A stretch of 25,370 nt of DNA from an uncultured Candidatus Izemoplasmatales bacterium (lineage in GTDB: Bacteria; Bacillota_I; Bacilli_A; Izemoplasmatales; Izemoplasmataceae). A model generated the notes under the pieces. The model ran no database searches and had not been told where the DNA came from. It was given only the letters and a program-made list of their open reading frames with translations. The stretch covers positions 1 to 25,370 of the forward strand of contig CAZZAP010000027.1 in the NCBI GenBank assembly GCA_964652375.1. Reading direction: 5' to 3'. Made by a program: the position numbers and the translations under genes. This document shows positions 7,850-16,038 of the stretch, piece by piece. Each line of letters begins with the position of its first letter. The stretch's first letter is position 1.

Positions 7850-8446
7850 ATGAATGTTGAAAAAAGAACAGAGAGATTAGATGTTGTACGTGAGAAAGGA
7901 TTTGTACCTGGGGTGCTTTATGGAAAAGGGTTTGAATCTGTATCAATTCAAGTAGAACAAAAAGATTTCGCAAAGACGTTACAGGAATTTAGTACAAGTA
8001 AAACATTTTCGATAAAATTTGATGGTAAAACACATATCGTTTACATCAAGGAATTACAGAAAACGTTTATGAACCATTCTTCATATAGTCATTTTGATTT
8101 AATGAAAGTTTCAGCAACTGATACGCTTCACTCAAAAGTACCAGTGCATTTACTTGGAAAAGAAAAATTCGAGAAATCAACATTACGAGTTGGACTTACA
8201 TTAGAGGAAGTAGACATTGAATATGTTGTAGGTGCAGGAATATCACACATCGATTTAGACATATCAGAATTAACACTCGAAACCCCATTTTATGTAAAGG
8301 ACCTTGTTACACCTGAAAAAGTTACTGTTTTGAATGATCCAGAAGAAATGGTTGTTCATTTAGTAGAGTACAAGGAAAAACCTGAAGTAGAAGAGTCTGA
8401 CGAACAACATGCTATTGAAGTACCTGAAGACGAACAAGAAGAATAG
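7850..8446 (+). CDS. rplY: 50S ribosomal protein L25 / general stress protein Ctc (long form with acidic C-terminal tail)
   Basis: N-terminus R-x-x-x-GKG-x-x-R-x-LR-x-x-G-x-VP-x-VLYGKG pattern (RTERLDVVREKGFVPGVLYGKG). ~200 aa with an E/D-rich tail. SD AAGGAGG. Confidence 0.85.
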   Translation: MNVEKRTERLDVVREKGFVPGVLYGKGFESVSIQVEQKDFAKTLQEFSTSKTFSIKFDGKTHIVYIKELQKTFMNHSSYSHFDLMKVSATDTLHSKVPVHLLGKEKFEKSTLRVGLTLEEVDIEYVVGAGISHIDLDISELTLETPFYVKDLVTPEKVTVLNDPEEMVVHLVEYKEKPEVEESDEQHAIEVPEDEQEE

Positions 8447-8472
8447 AAAACCACTTAATTGTGGTTTTTTAA
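8447..8472 (+). terminator. Intrinsic terminator
   Basis: AAAACCAC-ttaatt-GTGGTTTTTT. Confidence 0.8.
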
Positions 8473-8482
8473 TTACAATATT

Positions 8483-8511
8483 TGTCAGAAAACTCTAAAA
8501 GATTTATAATG
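8483..8511 (+). promoter_or_regulatory. Sigma-A promoter (TTGTCA, 17 nt, TATAAT) for ORF 8534-9430
   Basis: TTGTCA at 8483-8488 and TATAAT at 8506-8511. Confidence 0.5.
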
Positions 8512-8533
8512 AAGGTAGAAAGGGAGTGATATA

Positions 8534-9430
8534 ATGATTAATCGAGTATTTATTTACGATACGTTGATACCACATTTAGAAAAGAAGAGTAGAAAAATTG
8601 ACATCTTATTGATTCAATCCTTATTCGAGAATAAGGATCAAGAAATTGTGGAAGAACTAAAAAAATATCAAAACAGTGATGGGGGATTTGGAAACGCACT
8701 TGAACCAGATGTTAGAATGCCTGATAGTAGTATTATTGCGACAGCTGCTGCAGTAAAAGTATTGCACGAGGTACGAAACAAAGAATATAAATTACCACTC
8801 GTTAAACAAATAGTGGAATATTATGAATCTCAGTATAATGAGAAACGTAAAGGATTTTATATGACGACCAAAGAAGTAAATAATTATCCGAGAGCTATAT
8901 GGTGGAATTTTGAAGATGTTGAAAAGAACTTCCCGTTTGGGAATCCAGATCCAGAAGTAATCGGGTTCTTATACAAATACCGTGAGTATGTAAAAGATTT
9001 AAATGTTTCAAAACTCATCAATGAAGTGGTTAAATTTGTAAACTCAGATGCCTTTATGGATTCAGGTATGCATACGTTAATGAGTACGTTATACTTTTAT
9101 AAACGTGTAGACAAAGATGTTAGAAACCTTGTTCATGATCGATTACACGAACTTGCGAGTAAAGAGATCGAGAATGCACTGGGTAAATGGGAGGAGTATG
9201 GATTAGAGCCATACAAGGTATATCAAATTGCTCCACATTTTGTGAATACACATTTAGAAGAACTAGGTAGGAATCTGCAAATTAAACTATCAGAAGTAAA
9301 TCAATTAGAAATCGGTCCTAACTGGCAGTGGTATCAATTTGACGAAGTATTTGAAGAAGTGAAACACGATTGGACTGGGCACATTTACTTCGAAATCTTA
9401 AAAGCATTTCGAAGACATAAAATTATATAA
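8534..9430 (+). CDS. Hypothetical protein with one prenyltransferase/squalene-oxidase-type (alpha/alpha-toroid) repeat
   Basis: YQNSDGGFGNALEPDVRMPDSSIIATAAAVKVL fits the PFTB repeat signature Q-x-x-DGG(W/F)-G...s...T-x-x-A...L. SD AAAGGGAGTG. Confidence 0.5.
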   Translation: MINRVFIYDTLIPHLEKKSRKIDILLIQSLFENKDQEIVEELKKYQNSDGGFGNALEPDVRMPDSSIIATAAAVKVLHEVRNKEYKLPLVKQIVEYYESQYNEKRKGFYMTTKEVNNYPRAIWWNFEDVEKNFPFGNPDPEVIGFLYKYREYVKDLNVSKLINEVVKFVNSDAFMDSGMHTLMSTLYFYKRVDKDVRNLVHDRLHELASKEIENALGKWEEYGLEPYKVYQIAPHFVNTHLEELGRNLQIKLSEVNQLEIGPNWQWYQFDEVFEEVKHDWTGHIYFEILKAFRRHKII

Positions 9431-9460
9431 AAAATACCAGATTACCTGGTATTTTTTTTC
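9431..9460. terminator. Bidirectional intrinsic terminator between ORF 8534-9430 (+) and selO (-)
   Basis: AAAATACCAG-attac-CTGGTATTTTTTTT. A-run and U-run on either side. Confidence 0.8.
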
Positions 9461-9481
9461 ATATTTGTACCATGCATGCAC

Positions 9482-10903
9482 TTATGTCCCACAGTATGTC
9501 ACGAAATTCGTAGTTATATTTGGAGTCGTGTACTTTTTAGGGATAGTTGCATCGTAGTTGTATGGATCTTTTAGTAAGTGAAGCAGAGAGTTAAACTCAT
9601 CCATGTCACCTTTTGATGCTTTTGAAAGGGCATCTTCTAACACAAGGTTTCTAGGAATGATAACGGGGTTGTGTTTTTGCATCGTGGTTTTTACCATGGT
9701 TTCATCATATTTACTAATTCGTTTTTCCCATTTTGTGAGAAAGGGGTTAAAACCGTTATACGCAAATAAATTTTGATAATTTGAAGACAACATTACGAAT
9801 GTATTGGTGAAGTCTAATTCATATGTCTCAAGAAGCTGAAGAAGTTCATTGATTAATTGATGATCTTCTTTTGTTGGATTGACAATCCCTAGTTTTTTGG
9901 ACATGATACTTAAGTAGAATTCCTGGTAGATATCTTCGAATGAGGTTAAGATGTCGTTTGCTGTTGAGATTGCTGTTGTTTGGTCTTTATCTAGTAATGG
10001 TAGTAATGCCTCTGCTAGTTTCATTATATTCCATGAGGTAATGTATGCTTGGTTCTTATAACTGTATCTACCATGAGCATCAATGCTGCTGAAGACGGCA
10101 TCTTGTTTAAAGATATCGATGAAGGCACAAGGACCATAATCGATTGATTCACCTGATACTAATACATTATCAGTGTTCATAACGCCGTGTATGAAGCCAA
10201 TACTTTGCCATTTGGCAATAAGTCTTGCATGTTTATATAGTACTTTTTTTAGGAATTTAGCATATTTGTTTTTAGCGTTGTTTAATTCTGGATAGTGTCT
10301 GTTTATTGTATAGTCTGTAAACTCTTTTAAGATGGTGAGATCATTTAAACTACGAACGTATTCAAAGGTACCAACGCGAATGTGGCTTTTTGCAGTGCGG
10401 ACTAAAATAGCACCATCTTTTGGGGATAATCTCATAATTGTTTCATTTGTTTTTAATACGGCAAGAGACCTAGTTGTGGGGACATGTAAATAATGCATTG
10501 CTTCGCTCATGATGTATTCTCTTAGCATCGCTTTTGTGGTTGCTTTACCATCACCATTACGAGAATACGGTGTTCTACCAGAGCCTTTAAGGTGAATATC
10601 GAAGCGTTGGTGATCCACGATGTGTTCACCAAGCATTAATGCTCTTCCATCACCAAGTGTTGTAAAGTGCCCGTATTGATGACCTGAGTAGGCTTGGGCA
10701 TATTTGGTGTGAGAAGGGTTTTGGCCACTAAGTGTTTGAAGCCCATCTTGGCTTGATAGTGAAGCTATATCGATGTTGTAATCCTTTGCTAGCTCATTGT
10801 TTAAAACAAGTAGCTTGGGAGTTACTTGTGAGGGTTTATTGATAATAGAAAAAAGACGGTTGTCTAGTTCTAAATAACTGTTTTGGAAATTAAATGGAAT
10901 CAT
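9482..10903 (-). CDS. selO: Protein adenylyltransferase SelO (YdiU/UPF0061 family)
   Basis: Characteristic motifs GHQYGHFTTLGDGRALMLGE, KGSGRTPYSRNGDGKATTKAMLREYIMSEAMHYLHVPTTRSLA, and DYGPCAFID. SD AAGGAGTG on the minus strand. Confidence 0.9.
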   Translation of the reverse strand: MIPFNFQNSYLELDNRLFSIINKPSQVTPKLLVLNNELAKDYNIDIASLSSQDGLQTLSGQNPSHTKYAQAYSGHQYGHFTTLGDGRALMLGEHIVDHQRFDIHLKGSGRTPYSRNGDGKATTKAMLREYIMSEAMHYLHVPTTRSLAVLKTNETIMRLSPKDGAILVRTAKSHIRVGTFEYVRSLNDLTILKEFTDYTINRHYPELNNAKNKYAKFLKKVLYKHARLIAKWQSIGFIHGVMNTDNVLVSGESIDYGPCAFIDIFKQDAVFSSIDAHGRYSYKNQAYITSWNIMKLAEALLPLLDKDQTTAISTANDILTSFEDIYQEFYLSIMSKKLGIVNPTKEDHQLINELLQLLETYELDFTNTFVMLSSNYQNLFAYNGFNPFLTKWEKRISKYDETMVKTTMQKHNPVIIPRNLVLEDALSKASKGDMDEFNSLLHLLKDPYNYDATIPKKYTTPNITTNFVTYCGT

Positions 10904-11055
10904 TATATCACTCCTTGCCCCTATTATATGTTTCTAGTTAGTTGATTTCCATTAAGATGCACCTATCCTTTTCTTAACAAAGTTGAACAAGTAAGGTATA
11001 ATTAAGTTATATTTCAAGAGGCTATTATAAGGTTTGCGAGTGATAGGAGGTTACT

Positions 11056-11928
11056 ATGAATGTAATAGAGTTTAACAATTTGACAAAGTATTACGGAGAA
11101 GTTAAAGGGTGTGAAAATGTAGATTTCAATGTAAAAGAAGGAGAGATATTTGGGTTTATTGGTCCGAATGGTGCAGGGAAATCAACAACGATTCGTACGA
11201 TGTTATCACTGATTTATCCAACGAGTGGTAGTGTGACTATTTTTGGAAAAGATGCGATTGAGTTTGGCGCTGAAGTGCGTAAGGATATCGGGTACTTACC
11301 GTCAGAGATATTTTATTACGATAAGATGAAAGTAATTGATTTGCTGAAGTATTCCGCAACGTTTTATGATAAAGATTGTGAAGATAGAATGTATGAGTTA
11401 TCGGAGATAATGGAGTTGGATTTAGATCGTAGAATCCAAGATTTATCATATGGTAATAAGAAAAAAGTAGGGATTGTGCAAGGGTTACTTCATTCGCCAA
11501 AGCTCATTATACTTGATGAACCTACGAGTGGTCTTGATCCACTGATGCAGCAGAAGTTCTTTAGGTTAATAAAGAAAGAGAATGAAAAGGGCGCTACAGT
11601 GTTATTTAGTTCTCATATCCTAAGTGAAGTTCAACAACTTTGTGATCGAGTAGCGATTATCAAAGAGGGTGAAATTATTAGTATTCAAGAGATTAAAACA
11701 TTACGAGAAGAAACCTATAAGAAGTTTTCCTTTAAAGGAGAAAATCTAAATGGTGGTAGATTTGATCTTGAGGGTGTGACAAATTTAACGCAATCCAACG
11801 ATGAAGTCTCGTTCTTCTATAAAGGTGATGTCAACAAAATCATTAAAATCCTCGCAGGATTAACGATGAAGGATTTGTTAATTGAAGAACCAACACTAGA
11901 AGAAATTTTCATACATTACTACGAGTAG
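11056..11928 (+). CDS. ABC transporter ATP-binding protein
   Basis: Walker A GPNGAGKST. ABC signature LSYGNKKKVG. Walker B ILDEPTSGLD. H-loop SSHIL. SD TAGGAGG. Confidence 0.9.
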   Translation: MNVIEFNNLTKYYGEVKGCENVDFNVKEGEIFGFIGPNGAGKSTTIRTMLSLIYPTSGSVTIFGKDAIEFGAEVRKDIGYLPSEIFYYDKMKVIDLLKYSATFYDKDCEDRMYELSEIMELDLDRRIQDLSYGNKKKVGIVQGLLHSPKLIILDEPTSGLDPLMQQKFFRLIKKENEKGATVLFSSHILSEVQQLCDRVAIIKEGEIISIQEIKTLREETYKKFSFKGENLNGGRFDLEGVTNLTQSNDEVSFFYKGDVNKIIKILAGLTMKDLLIEEPTLEEIFIHYYE

Positions 11929-11936
11929 GTGATGAT

Positions 11937-12740
11937 ATGAATATCTATAAATTTGAAATGAAGATGCTACGAAAATCCATTATTATATGGGCGCTTGCTG
12001 TACCTGTCGGATTGACGTTTTATCTATCATTCTTCCCGATGCTACAAGCAGATGCAACGGGATACCAAGTTGTGATGGATCAATTCCCAGATGAATTCCT
12101 TGCTTTCTTTGGTATGAGTAGGGATTTACCAATGACAAGAATAGATGGGTATTTAAGTTTGACATATGGGATGATTCAAATTCCACTTGCAATTCAAGCT
12201 GCAAATTATGGATTCCATATGCTCAGTGTAGAAGAACGCGAGTTAACCGCTGATTTTCTGTTAACAAGACCAGTAACACGAAAAAAAATTATTCTATCAA
12301 AGTTTTTTGCAGCGTTTACAAGCTTAACGATTGTGAATATTGTTGTATGGTTTTTTACAATTTTAAGTGTGTTGGCTTTTAAAGGGAATGACGATATTTC
12401 CATGAAGAGTGTAATTGTACTATTATCATCAAATGTATTCTTACAGTTATACTTTGTTGGAGTAGGGATGTTTACAAGTACCGCATTAAAGAAAATACCA
12501 AGTGTTATTAGTTTTTCAATGGGTCTTGGATTTGGGTTATACATCTTAGCTAGTTTAGGAGCGATGTTACAATCTACAATATTTAAACTTATAACACCGT
12601 ATAGTCATTTTGATCCAATGTACATTTTAGTAGAAGGTCGTTATGACTGGAGCATTGCATGGATCTCATTTGTGATTATTATCGGGACTCTAATAGGAAG
12701 CTATTTCTTGTATTTACGAAGAAATATTGCTTCGTTGTAG
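11937..12740 (+). CDS. ABC-2 family transporter permease (subunit 1)
   Basis: Six predicted TM helices. Conserved LTRPVTRKKI motif after TM2-3, typical of ABC-2 permeases. Start 9 nt after the ATPase stop. Confidence 0.75.
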   Translation: MNIYKFEMKMLRKSIIIWALAVPVGLTFYLSFFPMLQADATGYQVVMDQFPDEFLAFFGMSRDLPMTRIDGYLSLTYGMIQIPLAIQAANYGFHMLSVEERELTADFLLTRPVTRKKIILSKFFAAFTSLTIVNIVVWFFTILSVLAFKGNDDISMKSVIVLLSSNVFLQLYFVGVGMFTSTALKKIPSVISFSMGLGFGLYILASLGAMLQSTIFKLITPYSHFDPMYILVEGRYDWSIAWISFVIIIGTLIGSYFLYLRRNIASL

Positions 12741-12750
12741 GAGGTGCCAT

Positions 12751-13545
12751 ATGAATATATTTAAACATGAGTTTAAGTCGAACATTATCGCTTTATTGGT
12801 ATGGGTAGGTTCCTTGTCAATTATCTTTTGGGGAGCTAGCATTGAGTTTAGTGCGTTTCAAGGTAGTGAAGAACTGAAAGAATTTATGGAAGGTGAGATG
12901 TTCCAAGTATTCTTTAAAGCACTAGGTGCAGATGCGCTTGATATGACTACTCCAGAAGGGTTCTTAAGCATTTTATCTATCTATATCTACTTACCACTAG
13001 CAATCTTTTCAGGGTTGCTCGGGGCAGGCATTATATCAAAAGAAGAAAAGAATAAAACAGCAGAGTATGTATTTACCTTACCAGTAACAAGAAAAAAAGT
13101 ACTTACCGCAAAGGTGGCTCTTGCATTTGTGAATACAATATTAATCAATGTATTGGTTATCTTAATGTGTTTCTTAATCTTTGAGCGGTTTAATCCAGAT
13201 CAAGTATTTTATGATTTTCTGATTAATCTTGGGATTGGTGTGTTTTTGACACAGTTATCATTTATGTCAATTGGGTTTGCGCTATCTAGTGTACTCAAAG
13301 ACTATAAGAAATCTGGGAATATCACCGTTGCGATTTTAATTGCGACGTATATGATATCTATTTTAGTTGGAGTTGTTGATGAAGCGGAATTCTTAAAATA
13401 TGTTACACCATTCCAATACTTTTCTGCTCCAAACATGCTAAAAGGGGAGTATGAACTTGTGTACTTTATCCTTACGTTCGTTATAGCAACTTCTGGGATA
13501 TCAACATTATATTACTTTTATCCAAAAAGAGATTTATATATTTAA
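12751..13545 (+). CDS. ABC-2 family transporter permease (subunit 2)
   Basis: Paralogous to the previous ORF (LPVTRKKVLTAKV motif). AGGAGG sits 6 nt before the ATG at 12751. The track start at 12727 is a TTG overlapping the previous gene. Confidence 0.75.
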   Translation: MNIFKHEFKSNIIALLVWVGSLSIIFWGASIEFSAFQGSEELKEFMEGEMFQVFFKALGADALDMTTPEGFLSILSIYIYLPLAIFSGLLGAGIISKEEKNKTAEYVFTLPVTRKKVLTAKVALAFVNTILINVLVILMCFLIFERFNPDQVFYDFLINLGIGVFLTQLSFMSIGFALSSVLKDYKKSGNITVAILIATYMISILVGVVDEAEFLKYVTPFQYFSAPNMLKGEYELVYFILTFVIATSGISTLYYFYPKRDLYI

Positions 13546-13566
13546 AGCGCCATTTGGCGCTTTTTA
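13544..13566 (+). terminator. Intrinsic terminator
   Basis: AAAGCGCCA-ttt-GGCGCTTTTT. Confidence 0.75.
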
Positions 13567-13618
13567 ATTATTATCTAAGATGTGATATAATGACATACAT
13601 GAAATGGGTGGTGATAAC

Positions 13619-14203
13619 ATGCCTGCATTTATTACATATATTATTGTGTCAATTATTACACCTGGACCAAATAACATATTTGCATCAGCATCGAGTGCAA
13701 AGATTGGTTTTTGGAAAACCATGCGCTTTATGCTTGGTATTTTTGTAGGAACATCACTTATTTTTATGATTACAGGATTGTTTAATTTGTTTCTGTATGA
13801 AAATGTTCGTTTTATTACGAAGGTGATTGGGATTTCTGGAGGAGTCTTTATTTTGTATTTAGCTGGTAGAATGTTTATTGAAAGACATGAAGAAGATAAA
13901 TTGATGATTACTAACGATAAGTTATTTCTAATGGCAGTAGTACTTAATTTTGTAAATGCAAAAACCATCATTTTTGGATTGACAGTCTCTACACTCTACT
14001 TGGATTTAGGGTTTAATCAAGATGGAATACTTTTCTTTGCATTGTTGATGGGCTTTTTCTGTTATATAGCAGTGATTCTTTGGGGACTGTTTGGACACAT
14101 TTTCAAGCAGTTATTATCAAAATACAATGTAATATATACCGTTTTAATGGCAGTATTGCTTGGCTATAGTGGTGTATTAATCATCGTTGAATCGATTCAT
14201 TAA
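13619..14203 (+). CDS. LysE/RhtB-family amino-acid exporter
   Basis: N-terminus IIVSIITPGPNNIF (LysE PGP motif). Six TM helices. SD GGTGGTGA before the ATG at 13619. The track start at 13604 is upstream in the same frame. Confidence 0.7.
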   Translation: MPAFITYIIVSIITPGPNNIFASASSAKIGFWKTMRFMLGIFVGTSLIFMITGLFNLFLYENVRFITKVIGISGGVFILYLAGRMFIERHEEDKLMITNDKLFLMAVVLNFVNAKTIIFGLTVSTLYLDLGFNQDGILFFALLMGFFCYIAVILWGLFGHIFKQLLSKYNVIYTVLMAVLLGYSGVLIIVESIH

Positions 14204-14264
14204 ACATCATGCACCATTGAAGAGAATATGTATGATATAATTTAAGTTGTAGGCAGGTGAGTAT

Positions 14265-14678
14265 ATGAAGCGTATGATGTATTTAGATAAAAAGTCAAAA
14301 GAGATTGAATATCTATTAAGCGGTACAAAAGATGTTATTTTGAGAGGGGCAAACATCAAGAAGTATCCTTTTGAGATGATTCATAAAGATGACCGTCTTT
14401 ACCTGCTTCTAAACGATGCGAAAGATATTGTGTACTCTAGTGCACGTGTAAAAGATGCATTGTTCTTTGAAATTAGCAACAAAGATCAGATGACAAAACT
14501 AATTGAAAAATATCAAGATAGGGCAAAACTAAGTAAACAACGATTGGATTATATAAAAGCGAGAAAGTATGTATCTGTATTTGTGCTTGATGATGTTAAA
14601 CGAGAGAAAGCAAGAATAGATCACAGTTTATCTCATCAGATTGAAGACTGGATTATACTTAATGACATAGATGAGTGA
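14265..14678 (+). CDS. ASCH (PUA-like) domain protein, probable
   Basis: 137 aa. The N-terminus (KEIEYLLSGTKDVILRG) has the ASCH-like beta-barrel pattern. The C-terminal half is basic and helical. SD AGGCAGGTGAG. Confidence 0.45.
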   Translation: MKRMMYLDKKSKEIEYLLSGTKDVILRGANIKKYPFEMIHKDDRLYLLLNDAKDIVYSSARVKDALFFEISNKDQMTKLIEKYQDRAKLSKQRLDYIKARKYVSVFVLDDVKREKARIDHSLSHQIEDWIILNDIDE

Positions 14679-14685
14679 GGAAAAT

Positions 14686-15246
14686 ATGAATTACATAGAT
14701 GAAATTAAAGGGTATATCCCCAAAAATGAACAAGAAAAAATTGATAAAGAAACAATTCTTTCCAATATAGATAATAATGATAATATATTGCTGAGGGAGA
14801 ATACTGTTGCACATATGACTTCTAGTGGAATCATCACCAATGGTTCGTTTGACAAGATCTTGTTTGCCTATCATAAGATTTATGATAGCTGGGCGTGGAC
14901 TGGTGGACATAATGATGGTAATCCTAATTTACTTGAGGTTGCAATTAAAGAAGCAAAAGAGGAAACTGGTGTAGTAAATATCTATCCGTTGTTTGATACT
15001 ATGTCAGCAATCGATGTAATATTTGTTAAAAACCACAACAAGAATGGAAAATATGTAGGAGATCATCTTCATTTGAATGCAACATACATATTAGTTGCAG
15101 ATGAACATGATGAATTAATCGTAAATGAAAAAGAAAATTCAGGTGTTAAATGGTTTGATATTGATGATGTGATGAATCATGTTAAGGAAGATAGAATTCA
15201 ACCAGTATATCAAAAGCTGTTTGATATAATAAAAGGACAAAGGTGA
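14686..15246 (+). CDS. NUDIX hydrolase
   Basis: Nudix box GGHNDGNPNLLEVAIKEAKEETGV (G-x5-E-x7-REU-x-EE-x-GU). GAGG sits 5 nt before the ATG at 14686, 8 nt after the ASCH stop. Confidence 0.8.
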   Translation: MNYIDEIKGYIPKNEQEKIDKETILSNIDNNDNILLRENTVAHMTSSGIITNGSFDKILFAYHKIYDSWAWTGGHNDGNPNLLEVAIKEAKEETGVVNIYPLFDTMSAIDVIFVKNHNKNGKYVGDHLHLNATYILVADEHDELIVNEKENSGVKWFDIDDVMNHVKEDRIQPVYQKLFDIIKGQR

Positions 15247-15250
15247 TAAG

Positions 15251-15934
15251 ATGAAGAAGCGTAAAATGGAAAAAGTAAAGATTTTGTATATCGTATTTTT
15301 TATGATTTTGTTTTTAGAGATGCTTGGTGCTGTTGGTTCATTATTTAGTAATAGCCCTCAAGTTAGAGATGCGGGTGCTACAAACCTATTCTTAATCGTC
15401 ATAACAACAATTGTACTCATTATTCCGTGGCGTATTGAAGTAAAGTATAATGTTGATATTCCAGATTCATTAGAGTTTGTTATATTGTTAATGATATTTA
15501 TTGGGGTAATCCTTGGATTTTTAAATGATTTTTATGTTGAAGTAACTGGTTTTGATAAACTAACCCATACACTAAGTGGTGTTACCCTAAGTGTGATTGC
15601 ATTTCAAACGATCGTTTATTTAAACAAATGGGAAAAAATTCCGTTATCACTTGGCTCGGGATTTACCGCTATCGTAAGCTTTATGTTTTCGATGACACTT
15701 CTCGTCTTATGGGAGTTTTATGAGTTTACAATTGATACAATTGCATTTTGGAGAAATAGTGAAACATCAAGAAACATGCAAAGGTATCAGTGGGAGTCTA
15801 CATCGACAACATTCCCTCAAGATTATGGGTTATACGACACCATGATTGATTTGTGGGTAGGAGCATTCGGCGCCTTAATAGTAGTTGTGATTGCCTACTT
15901 CTTGCTAAAACGAAAGGAAAGAAAAAAGACATAA
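15251..15934 (+). CDS. Polytopic membrane protein (possibly YjdF/DUF2238-like)
   Basis: Six or seven hydrophobic helices. Conserved-looking FDKLTHTLSG segment. SD AGGTGA overlaps the NUDIX stop. Confidence 0.55.
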   Translation: MKKRKMEKVKILYIVFFMILFLEMLGAVGSLFSNSPQVRDAGATNLFLIVITTIVLIIPWRIEVKYNVDIPDSLEFVILLMIFIGVILGFLNDFYVEVTGFDKLTHTLSGVTLSVIAFQTIVYLNKWEKIPLSLGSGFTAIVSFMFSMTLLVLWEFYEFTIDTIAFWRNSETSRNMQRYQWESTSTTFPQDYGLYDTMIDLWVGAFGALIVVVIAYFLLKRKERKKT

Positions 15935-15937
15935 GAC

Positions 15938-15968
15938 AAAACACTTTTACAATTTGTAGAAGTGTTTT
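15938..15968 (+). terminator. Possible weak terminator after the membrane-protein gene
   Basis: AAAACACTT ... AAGTGTTTT 9-bp inverted repeat. The 13-nt loop is long. TTTTTA tail. Confidence 0.35.
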
Positions 15969-16038
15969 TAATATATTGTTTACAACAAACATCAATTGTG
16001 GTAAAAATAATATGATACTAATTGAAATAGGTGATAAT

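Noticed and set aside
10904-11055. Searched for a bacteriocin or leader-peptide gene next to the ABC-2 exporter
   Set aside because: Only 6- to 7-codon frames without an SD were found (ATGTTTCTAGTTAGTTGA, ATGCACCTATCCTTTTCTTAA). There is no double-glycine leader, so the ABC operon cannot be tied to a peptide product from this window.
13564-13971. 135-aa minus-strand ORF overlapping the LysE exporter gene
   Set aside because: It lies fully inside a well-supported membrane-protein gene on the other strand and has no RBS. It is an AT-rich frame artefact.
15853-16038. N-terminal extension of the GH3 ORF back to 15853 (MGRSIRRL...)
   Set aside because: The track start is a TTG inside the upstream membrane-protein gene with no SD. 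ATG 16039 has AGGTGA upstream, and the GH3 homology begins right after it.
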